DNA of 64,000 nt from assembly GCA_963674595.2 (NCBI GenBank), contig CAXXFV010000008.1:160001-224000 (forward strand), written 5' to 3'. Each line of letters opens with the position of its first letter. Positions within the stretch are counted from its first letter, which is position 1. Origin of the DNA: a bacterium. Its GTDB lineage: Bacteria > Zhuqueibacterota > Zhuqueibacteria > Residuimicrobiales > Krinioviventaceae. This document shows positions 1 through 9,599 of this stretch, one piece after another. A program made the position numbers and the translations under genes. The notes under the pieces are model-generated. The model was not told where the DNA came from, did not search any database, and worked only from the letters and a program-made list of their open reading frames with translations.

Positions 1-2447
1 TCCGGATGAATAAATTTTTCAAATTTTTGATTTACGGCCTGTTCTGCATTTTTTGTTCCAAGTAATTCTACAGCAGTATGATTTAAATAGCTGATAACAT
101 TTTTCGTTACGACAACTATAGGAACAATTGCATTTTCAACCAAAGCTTTATAGCGTTTTTCACTTTCATACAGTTCATTTTCAATTTTTTTTCTGTCAGT
201 AATATCACGGGCAACACCGATAATACCTGTGATTGTACCATCTTCTATAACCGGTGAAGCTTTTACTTCCCCTATTTTTATTGATCCGTCTTTGGCTTTA
301 AAATGTATTTCCGAAAGGACGTCTCCTTGTCCTGAAAAAATTGCCCGAAGGTCTGTCAGGGCTTTGAATAAAGATTGTTTTGATAATAGATCCATTTTTG
401 TGAATGGCTTCCCTATCAATTCTTTCGGTTTATAATCTAATATTTTTTCAACAGAAGGAGAAACACTGGTAATTTGTAATTTACGATTAAACGTATAAAT
501 TACATCCTGCACATTGGCAAAATGTTGTTGAAATTTTTCTTCAGATTTTTTGTATTTTTCTTCGGATTGTTTTTGAGTTGTGATGTCCCTCATAGTAAGA
601 ATGATTCCGTTTATTTCGGGTTCGTTTAGTTTATCATCACATAATGTTTCAACCTCAATCCAATGACCTTTCTTATGCTGTAAGGAAAATACAACAGGGC
701 TTGATGAGTTGGCCCCGTTAGATGTTTTTTTAATTTCTTTAATTATCGAATTTCTTTTTTCGCGATTTACCAATTCTGTGAAATTTTTTCCAATCAAGTC
801 ATTTTCAGAATATCCCAAAATATTTTCACAGGAAGGTGATACAAATAAAATATTCAAATCCAAATCAATGACACATACTATTTCTGCAAGATGTTGTAAT
901 ATAGAATGATATTTTTTTTCACTGTCTTGCAGTTTTTGACTGTTTGTTTTTTTTGCAAGTGCGTTGGAAAAGATTTGACACGCTAATTGTAATAATAATT
1001 CATCGTTATTAGACCAGTTGTGGTTTTTTTCTTTTGAAATAAATCCTGCTACGCCCAAAATTTTCTTTTGATCTAACAATGCAATGCCCGACATTGCGCC
1101 AATATTTAATTTAGATAAATACTTTTTGTCCGGCAGTGAAGAAATATCTTCCACCGAATTGAATTTGATATTATTTTTATTAAAAATTTGATCCATAAAC
1201 CAGGGCAAATTTTGCGGAGAAAAGTTCAGGTTTTCTCTTATTAAATTGTTTTTAGAGTCATACTTGTATAATCGTAGTGTGAATTGATCATTCGAATCAT
1301 TAAACAATGCTAAAAATCCAAAATCAGTTTTTGCAAATTTTGCTATATGCCCCAGACTGGATTCAATCATATTATCAATTGATTCTACCGGTAGTTTGAT
1401 AAATTGGGTGGAAATTGTAGAAATAATATCTCGAAGTTTATCCCTCTCTTCAATTTCTTGCAGGTATCTTTTTCTTTCTGTAATATCATGATAGATGATC
1501 ATGGCACAGTTTTCGTTTTCAAAGACAACCTCTGTCATGGATATCAATAAGGTTCTTGTGTCTGTATTATTTAAAGAACAGTTTAATTCAAAGTTGTGTA
1601 ATTCGCCTGCTTTTTCATAGTTTTTAAAAATTTTTGTACATTCATTTTCTGAACATAAAAGACCATGTAATGATTTACCGATCAGTTCATCGCTAGAGTA
1701 GCCCGAAAGCTTTTCAAATCCTTTGTTTATTTCCAGAATTGTTAAATCTTTAGGTCTGCATATCGCAATGGCATCAGGAGAATTTTGAAATACGTGTGAA
1801 AATTTTTTTTCTGATTTGGATAATTCGTTATTCGTTTTTTCTTGTAGTATGGTCAGGTATGCCCTTTGCGTTAACCTTTGGACCATTTGGTCTAAAGAAT
1901 TTGCAATGATTTTAAACTTATCTGTAGAAATTACCGGGATTTCACCCCACATTTGTTCATATTTGTTTGAAGGTTGGCTAAAATGCTTTAAATTTGAAAA
2001 CTGTTCCAACGTAAGCTGCGGACTTTTTACCGGTCCCAGATACCAGGCAGCCACACATTTTCCAAGAATATTAAAACAAGAGTAGGAATAGTATAAAGAA
2101 TCGTTTTCTATTATTTTTATACCTGTCTCGGTTGGTAAATTTTTAGAGTCTGCTTGTGAATGAATGAAATTAATAAAAGCATCCAGAACATCAGAGTTAT
2201 TATTGTTTTTTTTGTCGATATCTCCCGATGCTTTAAAAACATCCTCCTCTTGAGTCAGGATAAACGAAGGGATTCCTGTTGATGTGGCAAACGCTTGCAG
2301 GAAATTTTGGGCTTCAGAAACATGGAAAAATGTTTTAAAGGATATATCTTTTTCTGAAAATAGATGCTTTCCAAAATCGGTATTTGAATGAATTTTATTT
2401 TTTTCTGAATGGCTCAGATGTTTGTTTGAAATATGATTGTTGTTCAT
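1..2447 (-). CDS. Multi-sensor signalling protein, probably a histidine kinase (PocR-like - PAS - GAF - PAS - PAS - PAS...); 3' end runs off the window
   Basis: Absent from the ORF track because it is open at the edge. Manual translation from ATG 2447 (MNNNHISNKH...) gives a PocR-like N-terminus (QNFLQAFATSTGIPS, AAWYLGPV), PAS signatures (SEKKFSHVFQNSPDAIAI...LSGYSSDELIGKS, HDITERK), a GAF-like segment (ISTQFIKLPVESID...LPWFMDQI...HNWSNNDELLLQ), and ends in frame at FEKFIHP. Confidence 0.85.
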   Translation of the reverse strand, partial: MNNNHISNKHLSHSEKNKIHSNTDFGKHLFSEKDISFKTFFHVSEAQNFLQAFATSTGIPSFILTQEEDVFKASGDIDKKNNNNSDVLDAFINFIHSQADSKNLPTETGIKIIENDSLYYSYSCFNILGKCVAAWYLGPVKSPQLTLEQFSNLKHFSQPSNKYEQMWGEIPVISTDKFKIIANSLDQMVQRLTQRAYLTILQEKTNNELSKSEKKFSHVFQNSPDAIAICRPKDLTILEINKGFEKLSGYSSDELIGKSLHGLLCSENECTKIFKNYEKAGELHNFELNCSLNNTDTRTLLISMTEVVFENENCAMIIYHDITERKRYLQEIEERDKLRDIISTISTQFIKLPVESIDNMIESSLGHIAKFAKTDFGFLALFNDSNDQFTLRLYKYDSKNNLIRENLNFSPQNLPWFMDQIFNKNNIKFNSVEDISSLPDKKYLSKLNIGAMSGIALLDQKKILGVAGFISKEKNHNWSNNDELLLQLACQIFSNALAKKTNSQKLQDSEKKYHSILQHLAEIVCVIDLDLNILFVSPSCENILGYSENDLIGKNFTELVNREKRNSIIKEIKKTSNGANSSSPVVFSLQHKKGHWIEVETLCDDKLNEPEINGIILTMRDITTQKQSEEKYKKSEEKFQQHFANVQDVIYTFNRKLQITSVSPSVEKILDYKPKELIGKPFTKMDLLSKQSLFKALTDLRAIFSGQGDVLSEIHFKAKDGSIKIGEVKASPVIEDGTITGIIGVARDITDRKKIENELYESEKRYKALVENAIVPIVVVTKNVISYLNHTAVELLGTKNAEQAVNQKFEKFIHP

Positions 2448-2523
2448 AAAAGCCTTTATATTTCAACAGGTATTTTAATTATAAACTCTAATATATGATG
2501 AATTTATTTCCAAAATTTTCTAA

Positions 2524-3320
2524 TTACTTGTTTGATAATGAATTGTAGTGTTTTATGAGAACTTTGGCATATCGTTCTCCTAATGTCCTGGCTGATTTAT
2601 TATTAAAATGAATGCCGTCGCTCATTGCTGTCAGGCTGTCTGTTTCAACAATTAGTATATTGTCCAACTGTTCCGGAATTTCCCGGATAGATTTATTTAT
2701 TGTATCGGCATAAGTCCGTTTTTCTATAAAAAATTCCGGTAAGGTGTGCCCATTATAAAGGGTACATTATCAGCATTTAGATCCTGACGTATGGTTTTTA
2801 TTAATGTGATTAGCTTCTCTTTATAGTATGGCGCTTTCTCTTCATGGCTGTCTGATTCTCCCTGATGCCAGAGAATGGCTTGCAATTTTCCTGATTTTTG
2901 GGCGATGCGGGCCCTTTTTATGGCATTATCATAGGGATGGCTGTTTGTCTGATCATGAAATTCACCTTGTTTCCACCGGTCTATGGATGAACCACCTGCG
3001 GCGCAAGGCACCAGGCCAATTTTTGAATGTTGATTTTGTGCGGCCATTATTTTGGCAAATGTTAATCCCGGCCCTACACCGGCAATCGGTTTGTCAAAAT
3101 GTAATGGGTCTTTTGCCGGTACCCATTGGTTTTCTTTATTTAGCATAACTATTCCGGGGATGGCTGTTGTATCCTGTTGTTCAATATGTCCTCGCCCTGC
3201 CATATTGGATTGACCAATAAGAAGATAGATGTCAAATTGTTCTTTTGTTTGTTGTGAGCAGAAAACAAAAATCAATAACAAAGAAAGAACAACAAACTGT
3301 TTGACTTTTAGTTGTCGCAA
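2524..3320 (-). CDS. Sialate O-acetylesterase / SASA (DUF303, CE6-like) SGNH esterase, probable lipoprotein; one frameshift near 2745
   Basis: Motifs LLIGQSNMAGRG and ILWHQGESD in ORF 2724-3320. The catalytic DxxH (DGIHF) lies in another frame (LPEFFIEKRTYADT...DGIHFNNKSARTLGERYA...NK*, stop at 2524). Confidence 0.85.
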
Positions 3321-3800
3321 AATAGCCTCCGTGTTTTTGAAAAATGTTCGGATGAATCTAATTATTTAAGTTCAAGAATAATTAAATTCCTAAACGTATC
3401 AACATTTAAGAGGTTTGCGTTGTTTTTTGTTTATTCCTGTGAGTGCCGTTTTTAATCCGTCAAATTGCGAGGCCGTGTGAGGGGGCCTTACTTGCAGATA
3501 TTTGAGGAAATGCTGAAGATTCTCAAGATGCTTTTAATGAATTGTGTTTCAATTGTCTAATTATAATTAATGTATTTTAGAAAGGCAAGAAAAACGTTTA
3601 GAAAATGTGATTAAAATTAAATTTTATGTCTTAATTTACGTATTTAACCCTAAATTTTTACTTTATATATTGCGAAATTGACGATATGAAATTAATTTAC
3701 AATTGAGACCATTACTGCGGTTCCCATCTTTACCCTCTCCTGCTATCTCCTTTCTTATGGACCCAATAATTAACCGGGATTTTAACAAAGGAGGCGTGTC

Positions 3801-4253
3801 ATGGAAAATCTTTTTACTGTTTTAAAAAATCTTCAATTTTTTCAGAGCCTGAAATATGAATATATTGAGCTGCTGGTAAGCTGTGCAAAGAATGTCCGCT
3901 TTCGAGAAAATGAATTTATATTTCATCACGGTGAGAGTGCAGACTCTTTTTATATTATTCGTGAAGGCATTGTTGCTTTGTGTTTACCGGATTCCGGCGA
4001 GATTCCCCTTACAATTCAGACTTTGGATGACGGTGATGTTCTTGGATGGTCTTGGTTGTTTCCACCATACTTTTGGCATTTTGATGCTTATGCAGAAGTA
4101 GACACACGGGCCATTAGCCTGGATGGTAAATGTCTGCGACAAAAGTGTGAAGAGAACCATGAACTCGGTTATGAGTTGATGAAACGTTTTTCTCTCATTG
4201 TCGATCACAGACTTGAAGCTACCCGTCTGCAATTGGCTGATGTTTATAAATAG
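3801..4253 (+). CDS. Stand-alone cyclic nucleotide-binding (Crp/Fnr-type cNMP) domain protein without HTH
   Basis: IFHHGESADSFYIIREGIV...GDVLGWSWLFPPYFWHFDA; strong RBS AAAGGAGG before the ATG. Confidence 0.85.
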   Translation: MENLFTVLKNLQFFQSLKYEYIELLVSCAKNVRFRENEFIFHHGESADSFYIIREGIVALCLPDSGEIPLTIQTLDDGDVLGWSWLFPPYFWHFDAYAEVDTRAISLDGKCLRQKCEENHELGYELMKRFSLIVDHRLEATRLQLADVYK

Positions 4254-4293
4254 GTCTGAAAAAAATAGTATAAACAGGTAGTATAGAAAATTA

Positions 4294-5229
4294 TTACAAC
4301 TCTGTATTGTTTGCGCTTTGCTCTGTAATGAATTTTTCTATGTCCGTATAATACGGTGCTGAAGGTTGTGCTCCGGCTTTAGTAACGGACAATGCTGCAG
4401 CGGCATTGGCAAACCGGATAGATGATAATAGATTTTTATCTTTAACCAATGCAACTGCCAACGCGCCGTTAAATACATCTCCGGCGGCTGTGGTGTCTAT
4501 TGCTTTAACTTTGTACGCCGGAATTTTTATTATTTCCTTATTTATTTCGACCCATGCGCCGTTTGCTCCGTGGGTTATAATGGAATTTGCGACTCCTTTG
4601 TCTTTGAGTGCCTTTAGCATGTTCTTTGGAGAATCATGGATATCCAAATCCGTTAATTGTGCGGCTTCAATGTGGTTTGGCGTCAAATAGGTTATTTTTT
4701 GTAACAAGCTGTCCGGTAATTTTTGGTATGGGGCCGGATTAAGTATTACAGGAATTTTTTCCGAAAAAGCAATATCAACGGCCGCCTGAACTGTTTCCAG
4801 CGGTATTTCGAGCTGTAACAGAATGATGTCTGCCTGCGTAATTATTTCTTTGTTTTTATAAATGTCATCCGGTGCAAGTTTAAAATTTGCACCGGAGGCA
4901 ACACCAATAGAGTTTTCAGCATTTGCATCGACAAAAATAAATGCAATCCCCGAAGCTGATTCGTTTTCAATTTTAATATATCGGGTTTCAATGCCTTCCT
5001 TCCTGTAATGTTCAAGCGCCTGATGTCCAAATGAATCATTACCAACACAGGTGAAAAAAGTTACATGCCCACCGGCCCGGGCTGCTGCCACAGCCTGGTT
5101 TGCGCCTTTACCGCCATGTGCCTGTGAAAATTTGCCACCGGTAACTGTTTCTCCGGGTTGTGGAATATGGGTCAGATTGAGGACCATATCCGTATTGGAA
5201 CTGCCGATGACTGTTATTTGAGAGGGCAT
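4294..5229 (-). CDS. rbsK: Ribokinase
   Basis: VIGSSNTDMV, GGKGANQAVAAARAG, TPNHIEA, DTTAAGDVFNGAL (PfkB/ribokinase signatures). Confidence 0.93.
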   Translation of the reverse strand: MPSQITVIGSSNTDMVLNLTHIPQPGETVTGGKFSQAHGGKGANQAVAAARAGGHVTFFTCVGNDSFGHQALEHYRKEGIETRYIKIENESASGIAFIFVDANAENSIGVASGANFKLAPDDIYKNKEIITQADIILLQLEIPLETVQAAVDIAFSEKIPVILNPAPYQKLPDSLLQKITYLTPNHIEAAQLTDLDIHDSPKNMLKALKDKGVANSIITHGANGAWVEINKEIIKIPAYKVKAIDTTAAGDVFNGALAVALVKDKNLLSSIRFANAAAALSVTKAGAQPSAPYYTDIEKFITEQSANNTEL

Positions 5230-5255
5230 TGAATCTCCTTGTTTTTGAGAATATT

Positions 5256-6560
5256 TTAAAAGCGTGTTTGAAATCCGGTTCCGCCGTCATGAATCAAAAT
5301 GGAAATAAATGAAGCTATGCCAAGTATGATAATAAAAATTATTAAAAGTATACTCCATTTTTTCCAATTATCCGGATGACCGATAAAAAAAGGTCCTGAT
5401 TTTTTCTGTCTTGAGAAAAAATACAGTAAAAAACTGATAAAAACAACAAACCAGTAAAAATAATGTTCAATTTGTATCCTTTGTGAGGGAAGGAAAAATC
5501 CCTTTTTAATATGACCGAACATGAGATAGGTGAATGTGCAGGCAGATAACATAAAGACTGCAATGCTGTTTTTTGTGTTTTCTATTTTAAAATTTGATTT
5601 TGTCCAAATAATTAAAACAATCATAGTTATTAATATTACCAGCATCCAGCTAACGGCTGTTATAAAATCGGCATAAATTTGCGGTTCATCAAGCCCGGCT
5701 TTTTGTGCCATTTGCAAAAACTCTTTATAATGGAATGCATGCAAAATATTAACAATTGGAATGACTAAAAATATAAACACAAGGGCAAATTTATTTGCCT
5801 GTTGTGAGGGCTGTCTGCTTTCCGGCCATTCTCTGGAGAAAACTCCATAAGCAAGGCCGATGCCTCCAAAAAATCCCACACTGAACTCCATAACATTCCA
5901 CCAATTGATTAAAGAGCCGCCCGTATAACCAAGGGTTTGTAAAAAGTTACCAAATCCAAAGCCGAATCCGGCACCGAGGGCCGAATAACCGGCTGTTGCC
6001 AGAGAGCGTGTATATCCATTTCGTTTTAGAAACCATGTCAGAGCAGCCGCCGCGCCAACACATGCCGCCCATAATTCGGAGCGGGGTGGTGTCATTTTCC
6101 ATTCAAATTGATAGATTAAAATTCCCCATGCCAAAACACCGCCTGCAATCATCTCCGTCAATAATTTAGGCCAGTCAGGTTTATATTCTTCAGTGGATTC
6201 CAATGTTAAACCGAGAAGCCCGCCGCCGATAAAACCATATAATCCTCCGATAACAGCCAACATGGACAAGCCGTAAAGAACATTACCAAAATCCGGTGCG
6301 CGCCCCATTCCCACGATTAAACCATAACTCATCATGCCACCGACACCCCAGCCGATTGCGGTCATTGCAGTAATTGTCGGCAGACGTTTTAACCAGTCTA
6401 TACGACCGGCTGCCACAAGAACGGCCAATCCGGCCATTGCTCCGGCCCAGGAAGCTCCCCATTCATGTCCAAAATGCCCCCGAATGGCCCAGCCAAGGCC
6501 GAGTATCAGCGCAACAAATAATATTGCAGTTGTTTTTTTCATGGTCTCCCTCACATGCAT
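5256..6560 (-). CDS. Uncharacterised polytopic membrane protein (about 12-13 TM segments); likely start 6542 (MKKTT)
   Basis: Gly-rich hydrophobic helices (GWAIRGHFGHEWGASWAG, GGMMSYG, NWWNVMEFSVGFFGG); 26 bp upstream of rbsK on the same strand. Confidence 0.75.
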   Translation of the reverse strand: MHVRETMKKTTAILFVALILGLGWAIRGHFGHEWGASWAGAMAGLAVLVAAGRIDWLKRLPTITAMTAIGWGVGGMMSYGLIVGMGRAPDFGNVLYGLSMLAVIGGLYGFIGGGLLGLTLESTEEYKPDWPKLLTEMIAGGVLAWGILIYQFEWKMTPPRSELWAACVGAAAALTWFLKRNGYTRSLATAGYSALGAGFGFGFGNFLQTLGYTGGSLINWWNVMEFSVGFFGGIGLAYGVFSREWPESRQPSQQANKFALVFIFLVIPIVNILHAFHYKEFLQMAQKAGLDEPQIYADFITAVSWMLVILITMIVLIIWTKSNFKIENTKNSIAVFMLSACTFTYLMFGHIKKGFFLPSQRIQIEHYFYWFVVFISFLLYFFSRQKKSGPFFIGHPDNWKKWSILLIIFIIILGIASFISILIHDGGTGFQTRF

Positions 6561-6711
6561 AGTTTTTAAAAACGCACGCTGTTTATTTTATAAGCGTAAG
6601 AATAACTGTTTGAAAAATCAAGGCAAATTGTGAAAAAAATATAAATGTGTATCAAAATGGAATAGAGTTTTATTTTTGGTGGTTGTTAAGTGAAATATTT
6701 TGGGAGTAAAC

Positions 6712-8451
6712 ATGAAAAACGATTATATAACTGTACGAATTGCCGGTGAGTCCGGGGAAGGTATTGTCTCTTTAGGTGAAATATTAAGCCGTTTGTTTCA
6801 ACAAAAGGGAAAAACCGTTATGACATTTCGGACCTATCCGGCTGAGATAAAAGGAGGGGCCTGTCAGTTTCAATTGCGACTGGCAAATCGTTCTTTATTT
6901 ACTCCCGGTGAAGACCCGGATGTATTGGTCTGTTTTGATGAAAAAAGTTATTTTAAATATGCTATGAAAAAAAAACAAGGGGATCCTTTTATATAATTCA
7001 GATGATACATCCCCAGAAGATAATAATTATAACGCGGTAATAGGAATTCCGTTTAAACAATTGACCGGACCTTCCCGTTTCGATTTTCCGCTTAAAAATA
7101 TGGTCGCCCTGGGTGTGCTTGGTTGTCTTTTTAAACTGGAGGAAAAACAACTAACAGACTTTGTTTCAAGCTGGTTTGCGAAAAAGGACAGGGAAACGGT
7201 CCTGAGAAATATTGAGGCTGTAAAAGCCGGATTTGTTTATTGTAAAAGTTATTATGATACTGTTTTTTCAACTTTAGAAACAAAACCGGAAAAAGACACC
7301 GTCTTTTTATCCGGGAACCAGATGCTGGCGCTGGGAGCAATACATGCCGGGGTGCCGGTTTTTTAACCGGGTATCCTATTACACCGGCATCAAATATTTT
7401 GCAGTATATGTTAAAGGAACTGCCTAAATTTGGCGGTAAGGCCCTGCAAACAGAGGATGAAATTTCTGCCGTTGGCGCGGCTATTGGTGCGTCATATGCG
7501 GGGGTTAAAGCTATGACAGCGACGTCCGGTCCCGGATTTTCATTAATGCAGGAAATGCTTGGACTGGCAGCTATGGCCGAAATACCTCTGGTTGTGGTGG
7601 ACGCACAGCGTGCAGGGCCCAGTACGGGAATGCCGACCAAGATGGAACAGGGGGACCTGTTGACCGCTGTTTACGGCTCTCACGGTGAAGGGCCAAGAGT
7701 TGTTTTTGCGCCCGCCACTGTGCAGGATAGTTTTACTTTAATCGTTAGCGCTTTTAATATTTCCGAAGCATTACGGCTGCCGGTTGTGGTTTTAACGGAT
7801 TTAATTCTGGCGCAGCGGACGGAAAGTGTTGATGTTTCGTTATTTAAAAATGAAAAAGTGATAAATCGGGCACAATATACTTTATCAGATGGTGATTTTT
7901 CTCCCTTTCCTTTTGAATATAAAAACCGGCAGTATATTCCACTGCCCGGCCGGGAAACTGATATTTATACGGCAACAGGACTTGAACACGACGAGAACGG
8001 GTATCCGAGTTATGAACCGGATGTTCATTTAAAAATGGCAACCAAACGGCATAAAAAATTAGATTTGGCATTTGAATATGAAACGGGGTACGACAACTAT
8101 AATGCCGGTGTAAAAAATAAAATCGGCATTATCAGTTGGGGTTCGACACATGGACCTGTTATGGAAGCATTACAGCATTTTGAAAACAGCATTCCATACA
8201 TGTCCATTAAAATGCTGAATCCGCTTCCGGTTACAGCCATTCAACAATTTTGTGATAAAGTGGATATTGTGGTTGTGCCGGAACATAACTATTCCGGACA
8301 GTTGGCTTTATTGTTAAAAAGTATTGTGAAAAACAGGATTGTTCGGATCAATAAATTACAGGGATTGCCTTTTTATAAAAATGAATTAATTGAAAAATTA
8401 AACCTTTTACTGGAACAAAAAAGTGGACCAATTGAAAAAATACAATTCTGA
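6712..8451 (+). CDS. korA: 2-oxoacid:ferredoxin oxidoreductase alpha subunit (fused gamma-alpha); split by two +1 frameshifts (A run 6967-6975, G run 7349-7352)
   Basis: IAGESGEGIVS, YPAEIKGG, KNMVALG, LSGNQMLALGA, then GCRFLTGYPITPAS after frame correction, QTEDEISA, TATSGPGFSLM, QRAGPSTGMPTK. RBS GGAG before ATG 6712. Confidence 0.9.
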
Positions 8452-9262
8452 TAAAAAACCGATTTGGTGCCCCCGCTGCGGGGATTATGGTTTTTTATCT
8501 GCTTTAATAAAAACTTTTGAAGAATTGAATATACCGCCCCATGAAACAGTTCTTGTTTCCGGCATTGGTTGTTCCGGTCGTACGCCTGCCTTTATCCGTA
8601 CCTTTGGCTTTCATACGGCTCATGGGCGTGTGCTTCCCGTTGCCACCGGCGTAAAACTGGCAAACCCAAAACTTAATGTTATCGGCATCAGCGGTGATGG
8701 TGACGGCCTGGCAATCGGTATGGGACATTTTCCACATGCTGTTCGCCGTAATGTGAATATGGTATATTTTATCTTGGATAATTCAATTTACGGCCTGACA
8801 AAAGGACAATCTTCGCCTACAACATTTCCCGGACAGATCACCAAAACCAATCCCTATGATACGGATGGCGGTGTTATTGACCCTGTCACTATTGCATTGG
8901 CATCCGGAGCTGGTTTTGTCGCCCGGTTGTACAGCGCAAAAATAAAACAGATGCTGGAAATTATACCAAAAGCCCTTAATTACAATGGATTTGCCCTTGT
9001 ACATGTTATCAGTCCGTGCAGCGTTTTTAATGATACCTATTCTCATTTTAACAATCTGGTGAAAGCTGTCCCTGATGACTATGAGCCGGTTGACAAATTT
9101 GAAGCCATGAAACTGGCTGCGTCAACAGATCCGGTTTATACCGGCATTTTTTATCAGGAAGAAAAATCAACGTTGGATGACAGGATGGAAAAAGTGATAC
9201 AAGAAAAATTTGATGAAAAGCTGGATATTATTGATTTGGCGCGGCAATGGAGCAGGCAATAA
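8423..9262 (+). CDS. korB: 2-oxoacid:ferredoxin oxidoreductase beta subunit (TPP-binding)
   Basis: WCPRCGDYG, SGIGCSGR, GDGDGLAIG...NSIYGLTKGQSSPT, ISPCSVFN; overlaps the korA 3' end. Confidence 0.93.
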   Translation: MDQLKKYNSDKKPIWCPRCGDYGFLSALIKTFEELNIPPHETVLVSGIGCSGRTPAFIRTFGFHTAHGRVLPVATGVKLANPKLNVIGISGDGDGLAIGMGHFPHAVRRNVNMVYFILDNSIYGLTKGQSSPTTFPGQITKTNPYDTDGGVIDPVTIALASGAGFVARLYSAKIKQMLEIIPKALNYNGFALVHVISPCSVFNDTYSHFNNLVKAVPDDYEPVDKFEAMKLAASTDPVYTGIFYQEEKSTLDDRMEKVIQEKFDEKLDIIDLARQWSRQ

Positions 9263-9264
9263 AA

Positions 9265-9561
9265 CTATTCTTCTTTTTTAGAGAAAAAGTCGTTATTAAT
9301 TTGGATAAAATGTTGCCATTTTTCAGGGACTTCCCGGTCCAGAAAAATAGCATCAACCGGACAGACATAAACACAGGCAACACAATCAATACATTCGTCC
9401 GGATCGATGTATAATTGTTTACCTTCAAGGTCTGTCATGCCCTCCAATTCTTTTGCCTTACCTTTTGGATCAATCGGTCCATGAATACATTCAACCGGAC
9501 AGACTGGTATACAGGCTCCGTCACAAACACCGATGCAAGGTTCAGCAATAATATAGGGCAT
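9265..9561 (-). CDS. Dicluster 4Fe-4S (7Fe/8Fe-type) ferredoxin
   Basis: CIGVCDGACIPVCPVECIH and CIDCVACVYVCPVDAI motifs; RBS AGGAG. Confidence 0.92.
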   Translation of the reverse strand: MPYIIAEPCIGVCDGACIPVCPVECIHGPIDPKGKAKELEGMTDLEGKQLYIDPDECIDCVACVYVCPVDAIFLDREVPEKWQHFIQINNDFFSKKEE

Positions 9562-9599
9562 TGATTTTTCTCCTTATTTCATTTTGAATAGTTGCTGTT

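Noticed and set aside
229-2085. Short plus-strand ORFs (229-435, 709-909, 1816-2085)
   Set aside because: They are antisense shadows of the long minus-strand PAS sensor ORF and have no motifs.
3390-3535. About 45-codon open stretch on the minus strand and a weak AGGCC/GGCCT hairpin in the intergenic region
   Set aside because: No start codon or RBS, and no match to riboswitch consensus sequences I recognise (c-di-GMP, TPP, SAM, cobalamin).
7131-7640. 169-aa antisense ORF
   Set aside because: It lies opposite conserved korA and spans its frameshift; a shadow ORF.
6700-8451. Three separate korA-fragment genes, or programmed ribosomal frameshifting
   Set aside because: The fragments join into one canonical alpha subunit on removing a single base from each homopolymer, and I see no stimulatory structure. 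Sequencing error is more parsimonious.
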